Assembly (NCBI GenBank): GCA_016215405.1
Contig: JACRJQ010000008.1
Span: forward strand, 25,866-89,865
Direction: 5' to 3'
Length of the DNA stretch: 64,000 nucleotides
Origin: Candidatus Tayloriibacteriota bacterium
GTDB lineage: Bacteria > Patescibacteriota > Minisyncoccia > Phycocordibacterales > UBA6065
Made by a program: the position numbers and the translations under genes. Under the pieces are notes generated by a model, which saw only the letters and a program-made list of their open reading frames with translations, was not told the origin of the DNA and did not search any database. Shown here piece by piece: positions 47,779 through 57,736 of the stretch; position 1 is the first letter of the stretch, and every line of letters starts with the position of its first letter.

Positions 47779-49086
47779 CTACCTGCCAGAAAGAGCGTCT
47801 TTGACCGCCTTTACGAGGCTCGAAGAGTCGATTTTCGACGAGAGCTCTGAGCTCCATGACGGGTTCCTTGTGTCGATATCCGGATCGACTCCCCTGCCCT
47901 CTACCGGTCCGCCGTCGTCGCGAAGGGTTATCGAATGGACGAGAAGCAGGAGATATTTGTCTTTCTCGTCTACCGTCGATTGGAGCGGGAAGGTATTCTC
48001 GACCGTTCCCCAGCCGCGCGTAGGCTCCCCTATCACCGTACCGAGCTTGAATCGCTTGAAAGCCGCGGCGGTCACTTCTGCCGTCGATTGCGTCATGCCG
48101 TCGGTGAGGACGGCGATCTCCTTGTATCGCGAGAGCTCTGGGAACCTCGGCTGCGACGTCCTCTGGACCTCGTAGTCGCCTTGATGGAAAAGGTCGAACG
48201 CGTATTGGTTCTGTCCCAAGAAAAGGCCGAGGAAGGCTGCCGCGAAGTCGAGAGCGCCGCCGAGATTGCCTCTGAGGTCGATTATCATGCTGTCGAGCCC
48301 GGGCGTCGTGGTAGCCGCGTAGACGCCGCGGGCGAATTCGAGGAGCGTCGTCGGGGATATGCGGTCGATCTTCATATACAAGGTTTTCCCATAGACGCTC
48401 TTGGACGCCGTAGGCTCTATCTTCGCTTCGTCATAGAGGTCTTTGGTATTCGGATCAGCGAGCACCGATTTCGCATAGGCGATCTTCTCGAGCTTCTCCT
48501 TCGCCTCGGGCGAGGGGTCTGATAGCAAGGCCTCCGCCTTCGCTTCATACGCGAGCCTCACCTCCTCTTCGCTTGCGCCCTTCTTAAGCCCGAGATCCTC
48601 GTAGAGGTCCTTGGACGAGTCGACGTTCGCCACATCCTCGCGAAAAGCGGTCTCTTGCGTCTGAGACAGGAGGCCGTTGCGGCCTACGGGCTCGAGGTTA
48701 TAGAGGGCCACGTTGAGCGTATCGAGGGCGAGCCTCTTCTTGGCATCCGTCGATGTGGCGGCAGAGAGCGCCGCCTCTATCATTGCTGCCGTGCCCGAAC
48801 GGCTTATGTTCGCGAGCACAGGCATGAGTATTGAATTCTGAGCCTTCTGCAAAGAGAGCTGGAAGTGGTTCGCGAGGTCCTTCTCCGAGGTCTTGGCCCA
48901 GTAGTTCTCCATGATCGAATCGTACCCTTCCATCACGAACCTCACGAAAAGGTCCTTCTCGGCTTCCGTCTTATATGACGGCGCCGCGGCCTCTTCGCCC
49001 TTCGCGAAGTAAGCGTACGCGCCGAGAGAGATCGCGACCGCAACGATCGCGACCGCCAAGAACCGAGCGCTTCGAAGGAATCTCAT
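47779..49086 (-). CDS. S41-family C-terminal processing peptidase with an N-terminal degenerate J-like segment.
   Basis: IIDLRGNLGG...VLTDGMTQSTAEV (S41 core). Upstream, KDLYEDLGLKKGASEEEVRLAYEAKAEALLSDPSP resembles a J-domain but has SDP where the HPD tripeptide is expected. Confidence 0.65.
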   Translation of the reverse strand: MRFLRSARFLAVAIVAVAISLGAYAYFAKGEEAAAPSYKTEAEKDLFVRFVMEGYDSIMENYWAKTSEKDLANHFQLSLQKAQNSILMPVLANISRSGTAAMIEAALSAATSTDAKKRLALDTLNVALYNLEPVGRNGLLSQTQETAFREDVANVDSSKDLYEDLGLKKGASEEEVRLAYEAKAEALLSDPSPEAKEKLEKIAYAKSVLADPNTKDLYDEAKIEPTASKSVYGKTLYMKIDRISPTTLLEFARGVYAATTTPGLDSMIIDLRGNLGGALDFAAAFLGLFLGQNQYAFDLFHQGDYEVQRTSQPRFPELSRYKEIAVLTDGMTQSTAEVTAAAFKRFKLGTVIGEPTRGWGTVENTFPLQSTVDEKDKYLLLLVHSITLRDDGGPVEGRGVDPDIDTRNPSWSSELSSKIDSSSLVKAVKDALSGR

Positions 49087-49179
49087 GCCTCTAGTATAAA
49101 ATCAGCCGCCTCTGTCCACAACGAACCCGCCGACGGAATATCCGAAATGTAAAACGGCCCGCTTTCGCGGGCCGCTCTC

Positions 49180-50439
49180 CTACCTCGGGATGCAGGACAT
49201 CGCTCTTTCGGGCGGCTGGTCGCAAGCTCCTTGTACGGCCCCGCGCGGCGTAGAGAACGAACATGAATCCCCTCTCTCCTTTCCTGAGCATGCGTCGATC
49301 GCCTCTTGCGGAGGCTGAGGAGCATTCGTGCCCGAGGCGGGCGGCGTGCCCTTGAACCCTTGAACGCTAGGGCTCGCGCCCTCTCCCCCTCCCTGAGCCT
49401 GCGCTGGCGCTTGGCTCGATGCCGAATATGCCGCAGGCTTTCCCCTGAAGCAGGAGACGGAATACGGGAAGTCTCGCGTCATGACATAGTGGTACGTCTC
49501 CCTCGTCTCACCGCCCTCTACGACCTCGCTTACGATGCCGTGACAGACGTCGAGATCCTCGGTCATAAGATACTTCCCTTCGGCCACCTTAGGGCCTGTG
49601 ATCGGAAACCCGTCGAACGCGTAGCCGAGAACGGTCGATACGGAAGCATCCTTGAAGCACTCGGAGAGGCTGTGATAATGATACTGTCCATTCTTCTCGG
49701 GATGGCCGGCACAGGAATCCTGCACCTCGTAAGCGGCCGCGTCGCGGAGCTCGGCGTCGAAGCCTGCGAATATCGGAACGCCTGAGAGCATCACCCCGAC
49801 CTCCATACCCATGCAATAAGGCGTATCCGAATAGACCGGACCGGCCGGCACGGAAAGCTCTATCGACTGAGCCGAGATGGCGTTCGGATTCCTATCATAG
49901 ACGTAGGCGGGATCCAAAGCCGAGACAGGAAACGTCCCGGTCACATGGCTTATAGGAAGCCCGTTTCCCGATAGAGACCGCGATGATCCCGAGACTTTCG
50001 AGGAGAACGTCGCGGCAGGCCACGACACAGAGCCTGCGACAGACGCTTTCTCGCTGGGATTCCAAAAGCCGTCCTTGATCCATGTCTGGACGCCCGCCTG
50101 AGCCCCGCCGCCCTTTCGCGGCACGTCGCAGAGATATATGTATCCTTTCTTCGGCGCGGTTATAGAATACCTGCCATCGCCCAAAGGCATCGTCTCGGGA
50201 AGCCTGCCCGCAAGAGCGAGGAGCTCCGCCTTAGCGAGCGCTTTCTGCGCGCTCGAAATCGCAGAGGGCTCGTCCGCGACCTTGGCGCTCTCGGGCTTTT
50301 GAGGCGCGGCGCTCTCGCGGACCTCTGTCGACGCCTCTATCCCGACCGAAACGACCGCGGGAGGCGTAGAGGTCGCTACGCTGATGCCCAAAAATGAGCT
50401 TACGGCTATGATGAACGACGAGAAGAGCTTTGCGAACAT
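49180..50439 (-). CDS. Secreted YHYH-motif protein.
   Basis: Signal peptide. NGQYHYHSLSEC (YHYH motif). Multiple conserved Cys. Confidence 0.5.
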   Translation of the reverse strand: MFAKLFSSFIIAVSSFLGISVATSTPPAVVSVGIEASTEVRESAAPQKPESAKVADEPSAISSAQKALAKAELLALAGRLPETMPLGDGRYSITAPKKGYIYLCDVPRKGGGAQAGVQTWIKDGFWNPSEKASVAGSVSWPAATFSSKVSGSSRSLSGNGLPISHVTGTFPVSALDPAYVYDRNPNAISAQSIELSVPAGPVYSDTPYCMGMEVGVMLSGVPIFAGFDAELRDAAAYEVQDSCAGHPEKNGQYHYHSLSECFKDASVSTVLGYAFDGFPITGPKVAEGKYLMTEDLDVCHGIVSEVVEGGETRETYHYVMTRDFPYSVSCFRGKPAAYSASSQAPAQAQGGGEGASPSVQGFKGTPPASGTNAPQPPQEAIDACSGKERGDSCSFSTPRGAVQGACDQPPERAMSCIPR

Positions 50440-50519
50440 GTTCTGCGATTAAGCGGCTAATGATAAAAGTATAGCAGCAAAACGGCCCGCCTAAGGCGGG
50501 CCGTTTCATCGTTCTTCTC

Positions 50520-51209
50520 TTATCGCATTATCCTCTCCGCGACGATCTCTGCCTTGATCGGAAATTCGTCGTCGACGTTCGCGATGAACGAGAGGTTAGG
50601 TATGATAAGGCCGAAATCGGACCTCTTGAGCTTCGTTTCCGCCGTCCCGATGATCGAATTATCCGTGACGTTCGCGACCACGGTAAAGACCGCGGGCTTC
50701 GTGACGCCCGATATCGTGACGTCGCCCGACACGTCGAACGAGGCCTTGCCTCCAGAGACAGCCGGATTCGATATGGACCTCGGCTCGAAGGTGATGAACT
50801 CGTTCTCCGGCTTATCCGACTTCAATATGAGCCTCACGATGGCGCCGTTGCGGTTAGCGCTGTCGGTGACGAGCGTCTTCGCGTTGAGGGTAAGGGTGCC
50901 GATCTCGACCCTCTCGTCTTTGACGGCTATATCGCCCGCTATCTGCGTCGTCGTCCCTACGACGAGCTTAGGCTTGCCGTTGAGAAGCTCGTTCATAGTG
51001 AAGGTGACCAGAGACTTCTCCTGCGAGATGCGATAGACCGAAGAGGTCGCGGAGCCTGCAGGGAGCTTCGCCGAAACCTCGTTTATATCCTGCGTCGGGG
51101 CCGATACCGGCCTCGTGACGTAAGCGTACGCCGCTATGGCGATGATGATGACCGCGATTATTGCGATGAGGGCTTTTTTCATATCTTTAATACGTTCTAA
51201 GTTGCTCAT
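50520..51209 (-). CDS. YceI-like domain protein with an N-terminal membrane anchor.
   Basis: SLVTFTMNELLNGKPKLVVGTT..., 8-strand beta-barrel-like pattern. The start may be the internal MKKAL at 51182. Confidence 0.55.
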   Translation of the reverse strand: MSNLERIKDMKKALIAIIAVIIIAIAAYAYVTRPVSAPTQDINEVSAKLPAGSATSSVYRISQEKSLVTFTMNELLNGKPKLVVGTTTQIAGDIAVKDERVEIGTLTLNAKTLVTDSANRNGAIVRLILKSDKPENEFITFEPRSISNPAVSGGKASFDVSGDVTISGVTKPAVFTVVANVTDNSIIGTAETKLKRSDFGLIIPNLSFIANVDDEFPIKAEIVAERIMR

Positions 51210-51313
51210 TCTGACCGAATGATTCTACCACGGCCGAACGCCGCCTTTCGGATCCAAGGCCCTGTGCGCATAGAAAAGCCAGCCGGGGAGGGCTGGCTCG
51301 GAAAAATCGACGA

Positions 51314-52123
51314 TTACGGGTTCTTGGAGAGCTCCGCGTGTCTCGCCTTCATCTTTTCGACGAGCTCGCGGAACGCGCGAGACTGCTCGAGGAGGATAAC
51401 CGCCTTTTTGCAGCCGTGGATCGAGGCTCCGTGGTCTTCCCTGCGCAAGAGCGCACTCACGCGGCCGTAAGACATCTCGAAGTTCGTCCTCAGGATATGC
51501 ATGAGGGCGAACCTGATATTGCTTAGGGCCTCGGGACGCTCCTTGCTCAAGATCCGGTCGAGGCGCTCGCCTGTCACGTCGCAGGCCGCCTTCAAAAGGA
51601 GCTGCACCGAGACAGGGCACGCGTCAGGCTCGCCTTCCAGCCGATAATGGCTCGGCAGTCCGGAGAGCAGCTTCTCGATAGCCTCCGCGTCGGAAGGCTT
51701 CAGGGGCCTGTCCGTCGCGCGCGGCGCGACCGAAAAGCTCGCTCTCATGACGTCTCGCGAGAGGACGAGCATGAGCTGGATCCGCCCCAGAGCGTCGACG
51801 TCGAGAGGGACCCCTTTTTGCTTTAGGCCGTCCCAGACCGCACTCACGAACTCCTTCGTGAAGCGCGGCAACATGCCGATCTTCGCGGCCGTCTCCACGA
51901 TGCTGTGCGGACGGAGCCCGTTCTGCAGGCCGTAGTGCTCGAGGAACGCGCGCTTGAACAAAGGAGGGATCTCCTTCGAATCGAGGGCATTCACCGAGGC
52001 GACGAACCTGCGCATGACGGAGACAAGCTCGGGAACCGCCTGCTTTATCTGTCGCAGCTCGATCCACGAGAACCTGATCGCACCCTCGCTCCCGAGGGTG
52101 GATTGCCCTTTGAGAGGCTTCAT
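51314..52123 (-). CDS. DnaA C-terminal (domain IV, HTH) domain-containing protein lacking the AAA+ module.
   Basis: C-terminus LSNIRFALMHILRTNFEMSYGRVSALLRREDHGASIHGCKKAVILLEQ matches the DnaA domain IV HTH. No Walker motifs upstream. Confidence 0.5.
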   Translation of the reverse strand: MKPLKGQSTLGSEGAIRFSWIELRQIKQAVPELVSVMRRFVASVNALDSKEIPPLFKRAFLEHYGLQNGLRPHSIVETAAKIGMLPRFTKEFVSAVWDGLKQKGVPLDVDALGRIQLMLVLSRDVMRASFSVAPRATDRPLKPSDAEAIEKLLSGLPSHYRLEGEPDACPVSVQLLLKAACDVTGERLDRILSKERPEALSNIRFALMHILRTNFEMSYGRVSALLRREDHGASIHGCKKAVILLEQSRAFRELVEKMKARHAELSKNP

Positions 52124-52248
52124 ACCGATATCCTTGGGTTAAGGGTTTGTTGGAAAAGAACGAAAACAACGCTTGAATGCGAGGCCTTCGCCACGCCGAA
52201 GCTCAACCGTATTACCACAAATACGAAAAAATGTAAATACCTTATCTT

Positions 52249-52389
52249 CTAGAGGTCCGAGACAATAGGATAGTCGTGGTCCGCTCCTTCCTTCGCGCCG
52301 AAAGCCCCTCCTTCCCTGAAACCAACAGCGACTATAGTCGTAACGACGAGAGTCGCCAGTATAAAGCCGACCAGGGTATCCTTGCTCAT
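52249..52389 (-). CDS. Possible small membrane protein (46 aa).
   Basis: MSKDTLVGFILATLVVTTIVAVGFREGGAFGAKEGADHDYPIVSDL. Genome-typical codons. Below the track cut-off. Confidence 0.25.
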   Translation of the reverse strand: MSKDTLVGFILATLVVTTIVAVGFREGGAFGAKEGADHDYPIVSDL

Positions 52390-52446
52390 GACGATACTAC
52401 GCAAAAACAGGCTGCTTTGGGTTCACCTATCTGAGATAATAGCCCT

Positions 52447-52833
52447 ATGAAGACCGGCATCGTCTTTGGAGTGTTCGACGGCCTCCATGAAGGCCACAAG
52501 GCGTTCCTTTCGCAGGCCTGCTCCCTTTGCGATGAGCTCGTAGTCGTTCTCACGCGAGACGAAACGGCCGAAACGCTCAAGGGTCGACTCCCCAAGTTCG
52601 CCTACCCCACGCGAGCTCAGACCGTATCCGAATTCCTTCCAGCCGCCCGGCTCATACCGTCAGACAGCGTCCTCGGCGCATGGAGCGTCTTTGAGGGCCT
52701 TCGCGATTTCGAGGCCTTCCTCGGCTACGACCAGGATGGGATAGCCCTGGAGCTCGACCGTCTCGGCATCCCCTACCGCCGCCTCGATCCCTTTCGCCCT
52801 GAAAAATACAAATCGAGCATTCTTAACCGCTAG
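52447..52833 (+). CDS. Cytidylyltransferase-like nucleotidyltransferase (HxGH family, FAD synthetase / glycerol-3-P cytidylyltransferase-like).
   Basis: GVFDGLHEGHKAFL (HxGH). Confidence 0.65.
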   Translation: MKTGIVFGVFDGLHEGHKAFLSQACSLCDELVVVLTRDETAETLKGRLPKFAYPTRAQTVSEFLPAARLIPSDSVLGAWSVFEGLRDFEAFLGYDQDGIALELDRLGIPYRRLDPFRPEKYKSSILNR

Positions 52834-53471
52834 AACTCGCGGCTCTCCCCTTCCTTTATAACTACGAATTGGATCCCAAGGGGCACGAGCACCGATTCCG
52901 GCACTCGATGCACTGGTCCGAGCTTGTCCGGCATGAGCATCCCCTCATGCACCGGAAAGGCGAATTTCGGCTTCATCTTTTTAGCGTAATCGACGCATTC
53001 TGAAAGCGTCGCCCAAGGACCCGCGACCGGCAGAGCGAGTATATCGATAGGCTTCTGCGGATCGGCGAACGAATCGCCGGGATAGAAGAGCCGATCGCCT
53101 ATGAAATACGCCGTATTCTCGACGACCTTAAGGCCCTGATACATAGGCCAGTGGTCCATGCCGAAGCCCTCGATCCTTACGCCCTTCCTCTCGACCGTCT
53201 GACCGTGTCCCACCAGCGTGTACCTGATCCCTTCTTTGTCCAAGATCTGCCCTACCCCTTTGTTGGTGAGAACCTCCGCCGCTGGGTTGTTCGCGAGCAC
53301 CTCCTTGAGAGACCCTACGTGCAGATGGTCTGCGTGCTCATGGGTGATAAGGACGATGTCGACGCCTTTGGCCTGGTTCTGCGCCGTCGAATACGCGCCA
53401 GGATCAGTAAGGATAGTCAGCCCCCTCTCCTCTATCACCAGACAACAATGTCCGAATTTCGTTATCTTCAT
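52830..53471 (-). CDS. MBL-fold metallo-hydrolase.
   Basis: VLITHEHADHL (HxHxDH), downstream His/Asp ligands. Confidence 0.85.
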   Translation of the reverse strand: MKITKFGHCCLVIEERGLTILTDPGAYSTAQNQAKGVDIVLITHEHADHLHVGSLKEVLANNPAAEVLTNKGVGQILDKEGIRYTLVGHGQTVERKGVRIEGFGMDHWPMYQGLKVVENTAYFIGDRLFYPGDSFADPQKPIDILALPVAGPWATLSECVDYAKKMKPKFAFPVHEGMLMPDKLGPVHRVPESVLVPLGIQFVVIKEGESREF

Positions 53472-53562
53472 ATGTAAAGATTATGTTATCACGGCACTCA
53501 ATCCCGCCCACACCCCTTACCCATATCTCCAACCGATAGTCTCCAAATGCCAACTAAAAACA

Positions 53563-53578
53563 GTATCGTATCTGATAC
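53563..53578. promoter_or_regulatory. Second copy of the GTATC-N6-GATAC palindrome (gtatcgtatctgatac) with a conserved ctaaaaaca 5' flank.
   Basis: 24 of 26 positions are identical to 8756-8780. It sits in the promoter region of the MBL hydrolase gene. Confidence 0.3.
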
Positions 53579-53603
53579 GGTTTCCAGAATTTAGACCTGC
53601 CTA

Positions 53604-53735
53604 TTATTTAGCAAGTATCGCCTGCGAATCACTGTCAGGCTGCGTAAAATAACCGCTGAAATAAAGGATGGAAAGGCTGACTGCAATAACTACGCTAAAA
53701 CTAATCGCAAACTTAAAGAAAGTCTTATCGAGCAT
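53604..53735 (-). CDS. Possible small hydrophobic peptide (43 aa) in an AT-rich island.
   Basis: MLDKTFFKFAISFSVVIAVSLSILYFSGYFTQPDSDSQAILAK. AT-rich codons unlike the rest of the genome. Confidence 0.2.
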   Translation of the reverse strand: MLDKTFFKFAISFSVVIAVSLSILYFSGYFTQPDSDSQAILAK

Positions 53736-53979
53736 AGAAAAATCATAGCATTTTTTAAATATTTGAATAATTTATATTTTCTTTAGACTTACTTTAGAAA
53801 TAATTTATCTGGGCAGCAAAAGCCGCGCACGGAGTGCGCGGCTTTTGCTTGCGGGTCGGTGCCCTTCTGCCTCTTGGTCTCATACCGGAGAGTATGGCAT
53901 ACCGCAGATAAAGAAAAGATAAATTTATGGCAAAACCGTGAACAGCTGAACGAGGCGAAACCTCGGTAATTTACGGCGA

Positions 53980-54975
53980 CTAGTAGCTCACCTGGTCGAC
54001 TATGAGGCCCTGCTTGTCATAGAGGGTTATGGTCTCGCGGCGTGAAGCCCAGAGCTCGCGGTTCTTGCCGAGGAACACGCGCCACTGCTTTAGGCTGAAA
54101 TCCGAGTCGCTGCGATGATAGGAGACGCAGCCCGGATAGTTGAGGTGCTCGCGGATGAAGGCCTTGCATTGGGACGTCAGGGTCTCGTCGAATCGCTTCT
54201 TGTCCGTCTTTTCCGGGTTCGAGCATCGATTCACGTAAAGAAGGTAGTCGTAGCATTGCTCGGTGACGTTTCTGGTGCCTTCTTCCTGGGCGGCGGCCGG
54301 GCAGAGAGAGGTCGACATAGGAGGGGTGAATGGGTAGTTCTCGAGGTAGCCCGCGCACTTGTTCTCGCGGAACGAGGTGTAGATCGAGAATGGGAATTGG
54401 GAGAACGGCTGGCCGGTCGTTATGATCGCGTTGTCTCCGGCGCCAAGGACGATGTCGCCTATGACGAAATTCCCTGACGGGTCGAGGAATTGCGTCCCCT
54501 GTCCTATGACCGCCGAATCCGTGGTCGGATAGACGTAGCTGTTATGGCTCGTCTCGATAGGGCGCGTGCCCTTGCCGTTCGTGAGGGTCCAGCCGGTGAT
54601 AGAGACGGGGTTTCCGGTGTTGCGTATAGTCACGTGCTCTTCATAGGGCTGGGCCGTCGAACCGGCGTTCCCCGTCCAGAGGTCTATCTGAGCGGCATAA
54701 GGCGAACGGCCTGGCTGCGAGGATCCGGTAGAACCTCCGGAAGAGCCGCTCGAAGAACCGCCCGTCGAAGAGCCGTCGTAATCGGGAAGGTTCGGCAAGA
54801 GCGGATTGGCGCGGTAGGAATAGTCGTTCGACGAGAGGTTGCTGAGGCTCGTGCCCGTGCCCGAAAGCCCGCCCCCTATATAGCGAGACGCGACAGCGAG
54901 CACTATAAGGAGGAGGAATATGGCTATTATTCCGAATAAAAGGGTCTTTACGAAGCCTTGTTCTCTTGATCTCAT
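53980..54975 (-). CDS. Secreted protein with a lamin-tail-domain (LTD)-like beta module.
   Basis: Signal anchor, Gly/Ser linker. EEHVTIRNTGNPVSITGWTLTNGKG matches the LTD consensus. Confidence 0.55.
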   Translation of the reverse strand: MRSREQGFVKTLLFGIIAIFLLLIVLAVASRYIGGGLSGTGTSLSNLSSNDYSYRANPLLPNLPDYDGSSTGGSSSGSSGGSTGSSQPGRSPYAAQIDLWTGNAGSTAQPYEEHVTIRNTGNPVSITGWTLTNGKGTRPIETSHNSYVYPTTDSAVIGQGTQFLDPSGNFVIGDIVLGAGDNAIITTGQPFSQFPFSIYTSFRENKCAGYLENYPFTPPMSTSLCPAAAQEEGTRNVTEQCYDYLLYVNRCSNPEKTDKKRFDETLTSQCKAFIREHLNYPGCVSYHRSDSDFSLKQWRVFLGKNRELWASRRETITLYDKQGLIVDQVSY

Positions 54976-55118
54976 GCCCTAGATTATATCAGAGAGCGCG
55001 CATGGGCCGGAGGCGCGATCATTTAGGCAAAGCAAAAACCGCATCTTGCGATGCGGTTTTTGCCTGTTGGACTAAGTCAAACCTTGCGATTCGACTCGTG
55101 CCATCGTTACCGTTCCTA

Positions 55119-57065
55119 TTACGGAAGCGATACCGAAGGAGTCCTCCACTCCGTCTTGTTGGTCATAGAGACAGACGATGCCTGTCCTACGCCAGCAGCC
55201 TGCCACCTGAAGCCGTTGATCTGAACAGCGTACTGGTTGGCCGAAGAGCCAGCGACAGTGAACTGAACAGTAACAGGGATCTGGACAGTGTTGTTCTTCG
55301 CGAGAGTGAACGACTGACCGTCAATCGTTACGCCAGACGAAGGCATCGAGTACGAGACGATAGCGTTCGTGCCGCCCGCGGTGTTAGCCGAGAGAGCTGC
55401 GTTCGAAGCACCGTTCTTGTAGACTGCGAGCCACGTTGCCGTGGTCGTAGCGCCGTTCGAATCACCGAAGAGGGTCGTGGTCGAAGCCGACGAACCGAAG
55501 GTGATGTCGCCGCCGACTGCAGTTACGCTAACCGTGAAGTTTGCGGAACCGGTCGAGGTTGCAACACCCGAGGTGTCGTTCGAAGAAACCGTCGTTCGAG
55601 TCATCGTAGGCGTGCCAACGAGGGAGAAGACAGGACCGACCTTTCGGATGGTCATGACCTCGCCTGCTGGAGCACCGGAGTCGGAGACCTGGGTACCCTG
55701 GAGGTTCTCAGCGATGATGTTCGTGAGGGAAGCGCTGAGGGAGTTCGCAACGTTTGTAGCGGTGCGGACGTCAACCTTGAGGGAGAGGGTCTTCGTACCG
55801 TCCTTTGCGACAATGAGGTTGTCAATGTCGTCGAAGGTGATCGTAGAACCCGTGACAGACTCGCTCATGACAAGCGTAGAGCCGTCATAGAGGTAAGCCG
55901 TCGTCGTGGTTGCCTGATCAGCCGTGTCGGAGAGGGTGAAGGTAAGATCCGTAACCTTGATGTCGGCCTTGTTTGCACGAAGGTCGAATGCGAGGAGAGG
56001 AAGCTTGTCGAGCTCGTCGTTGTTCGATCCGAGGGATGCGACAACGTCAGCAGCCTTGAAGTTTGCCGAGTTAACGGAAGCGTCAAGAGTTGCAGAGTCT
56101 ACGAGAGACGTCGAGATCGCAACGCCCTGAGAGAATTCGGAGACAGGACCGTACTGGTCGAGACCAGCACCGTCTACGCCTCGGACGCCGTCAGCAGCGA
56201 GAGTGATCGTACAGGTATCGCCCGTACCGTCACAGCCCGATGCGGACTGAGCCTTGATCGAAGAGTAGAGGTCAGCCTTTACCCAGAGGTACTTCGTCGA
56301 GTCCTTTGGAACGTTGTAGCTGAAACCACCGAGGGTGAGGTAGTAAGAACCGGAGTCCTTAACAACCGTGTTCGAGTTGAGATCTGCCTGAGCGAGAACT
56401 CGACCCGAGTCGTCGGTGATGTAAGCCGTCTTGAAGACCTTCGTGTAGATCGACGTGTTTGCGCCGAGATTGAGCTTAACGCGCTGGATGTTGATGTCCG
56501 AGAGCTTAGCCTCAAGCTTGATGCCGAGAACAGGTCGCATCGTCTCACCTTCGTAAACCGTGGTGTTCGAAACCGATGCCTTCTCTACGGTGAGGGTTCC
56601 CTCAACGCCAGAGTTGACAACAGGAGTCGAGCCAGTGTTCGTGGTGCCACCAGTCGTCATCGAGGAGCCCTTGTTGAGCTCAGCTCGAGTGAGAGGACCG
56701 ACGTAACCCGTTGCTGGGAGACCCTTCGAAGCCTGGTACTTTACGACAGCCGCCTTCGTGATCGAACCGAAGTATCCCGTTGCTGGAGATACGCCGATAG
56801 CGTTCTGGAGAGCGGTGACGTCAGCGCCAGACGAACCTACAGTGAGGTCCTTAGCGAACGAGACCGATGCCTGAGAAGAAACAGCTGCCTTTGCTGCTGC
56901 TGCCTTGTCAGACGAGATGATTCCGAGGCTGATAAAGAGGTCGACGAGCTGGCTAGCCGTCATTGACTGAGCGTTAGCCGAGAGAGCGCCGACACCTGCG
57001 AAGATCGAGAGAGCGAGGCCGAGACCTACGACTGCTGCTACAACCTTCTTAGTTGAAATTTGCAT
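55119..57065 (-). CDS. Large Thr/Ser-rich cell-surface protein with an N-terminal peptidoglycan-binding-like domain.
   Basis: Signal peptide MQISTKKVVAAVVGLGLALSIFAGVGALSANA. DVTALQNAIGVSPATGYFGSITKAAVVKYQASKGLPATGYVGPLTRAEL (PG_binding_1-like), then ~500 aa of T/S/V/G-rich beta repeats. Confidence 0.55.
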   Translation of the reverse strand: MQISTKKVVAAVVGLGLALSIFAGVGALSANAQSMTASQLVDLFISLGIISSDKAAAAKAAVSSQASVSFAKDLTVGSSGADVTALQNAIGVSPATGYFGSITKAAVVKYQASKGLPATGYVGPLTRAELNKGSSMTTGGTTNTGSTPVVNSGVEGTLTVEKASVSNTTVYEGETMRPVLGIKLEAKLSDINIQRVKLNLGANTSIYTKVFKTAYITDDSGRVLAQADLNSNTVVKDSGSYYLTLGGFSYNVPKDSTKYLWVKADLYSSIKAQSASGCDGTGDTCTITLAADGVRGVDGAGLDQYGPVSEFSQGVAISTSLVDSATLDASVNSANFKAADVVASLGSNNDELDKLPLLAFDLRANKADIKVTDLTFTLSDTADQATTTTAYLYDGSTLVMSESVTGSTITFDDIDNLIVAKDGTKTLSLKVDVRTATNVANSLSASLTNIIAENLQGTQVSDSGAPAGEVMTIRKVGPVFSLVGTPTMTRTTVSSNDTSGVATSTGSANFTVSVTAVGGDITFGSSASTTTLFGDSNGATTTATWLAVYKNGASNAALSANTAGGTNAIVSYSMPSSGVTIDGQSFTLAKNNTVQIPVTVQFTVAGSSANQYAVQINGFRWQAAGVGQASSVSMTNKTEWRTPSVSLP

Positions 57066-57736
57066 GTTGTGTGTACTTCTTGTAATGACCGAATCGGAGG
57101 CTCGAGTCTGACTTGTAAAATTCTCGAACGTTTCCGATCCGCTACTAACAAATAATCTTTCATCCCCTTCCCCGCTTATCGACGGCGGAGCTTGGGATGT
57201 GGAGCGCATCGTCCGGGCCTAAGCCCTGGCGACTGCTCCTCGACTATTCCGGGATCCATTATCCCAGCGCTCTGAGTTCGATCGGATCGAACGCACAGCG
57301 CTGGGTCGACATGGGCCCAGAGAATAGTGATGAGGGTTTCTAGGGAGGGTCGGATATGCGGAGAACCGTCCGGGACGTAAGGGTCGTCTGTAACTTTCGC
57401 GATCGCTATTCAATTATCAATGTGACAAGAGGTCAGACGAAAAGGGAGCGCGGTAGCCCAATAATTATAGCTTCGTGCCCCAATAGGCGCAAAACATATA
57501 AATGTGGATAACGGAATAGGCCTATTTGGGGCCTTATTCCGATACATACTCCACATACACTATATTATACGAAAAAGGGGCAAAAATCAAGTCAATATAA
57601 GGAGGGGGCCTGGGATGCCTACAGGAGGGGTATTTGCGGGCTTTTTACCCCTCCCTTTCGGAATAGCCCCCACCCTTAGACGAAACCCCGCTTTAGGCGG
57701 GGTTTCGTCTATTTCGATGTCCTTTAAGGACAGAAG

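Noticed and set aside
54966-56966. 666-aa plus-strand ORF.
   Set aside because: It is antisense to the Thr/Ser-rich surface-protein gene. It is Arg-rich low-complexity, typical of a GC-rich antisense frame.
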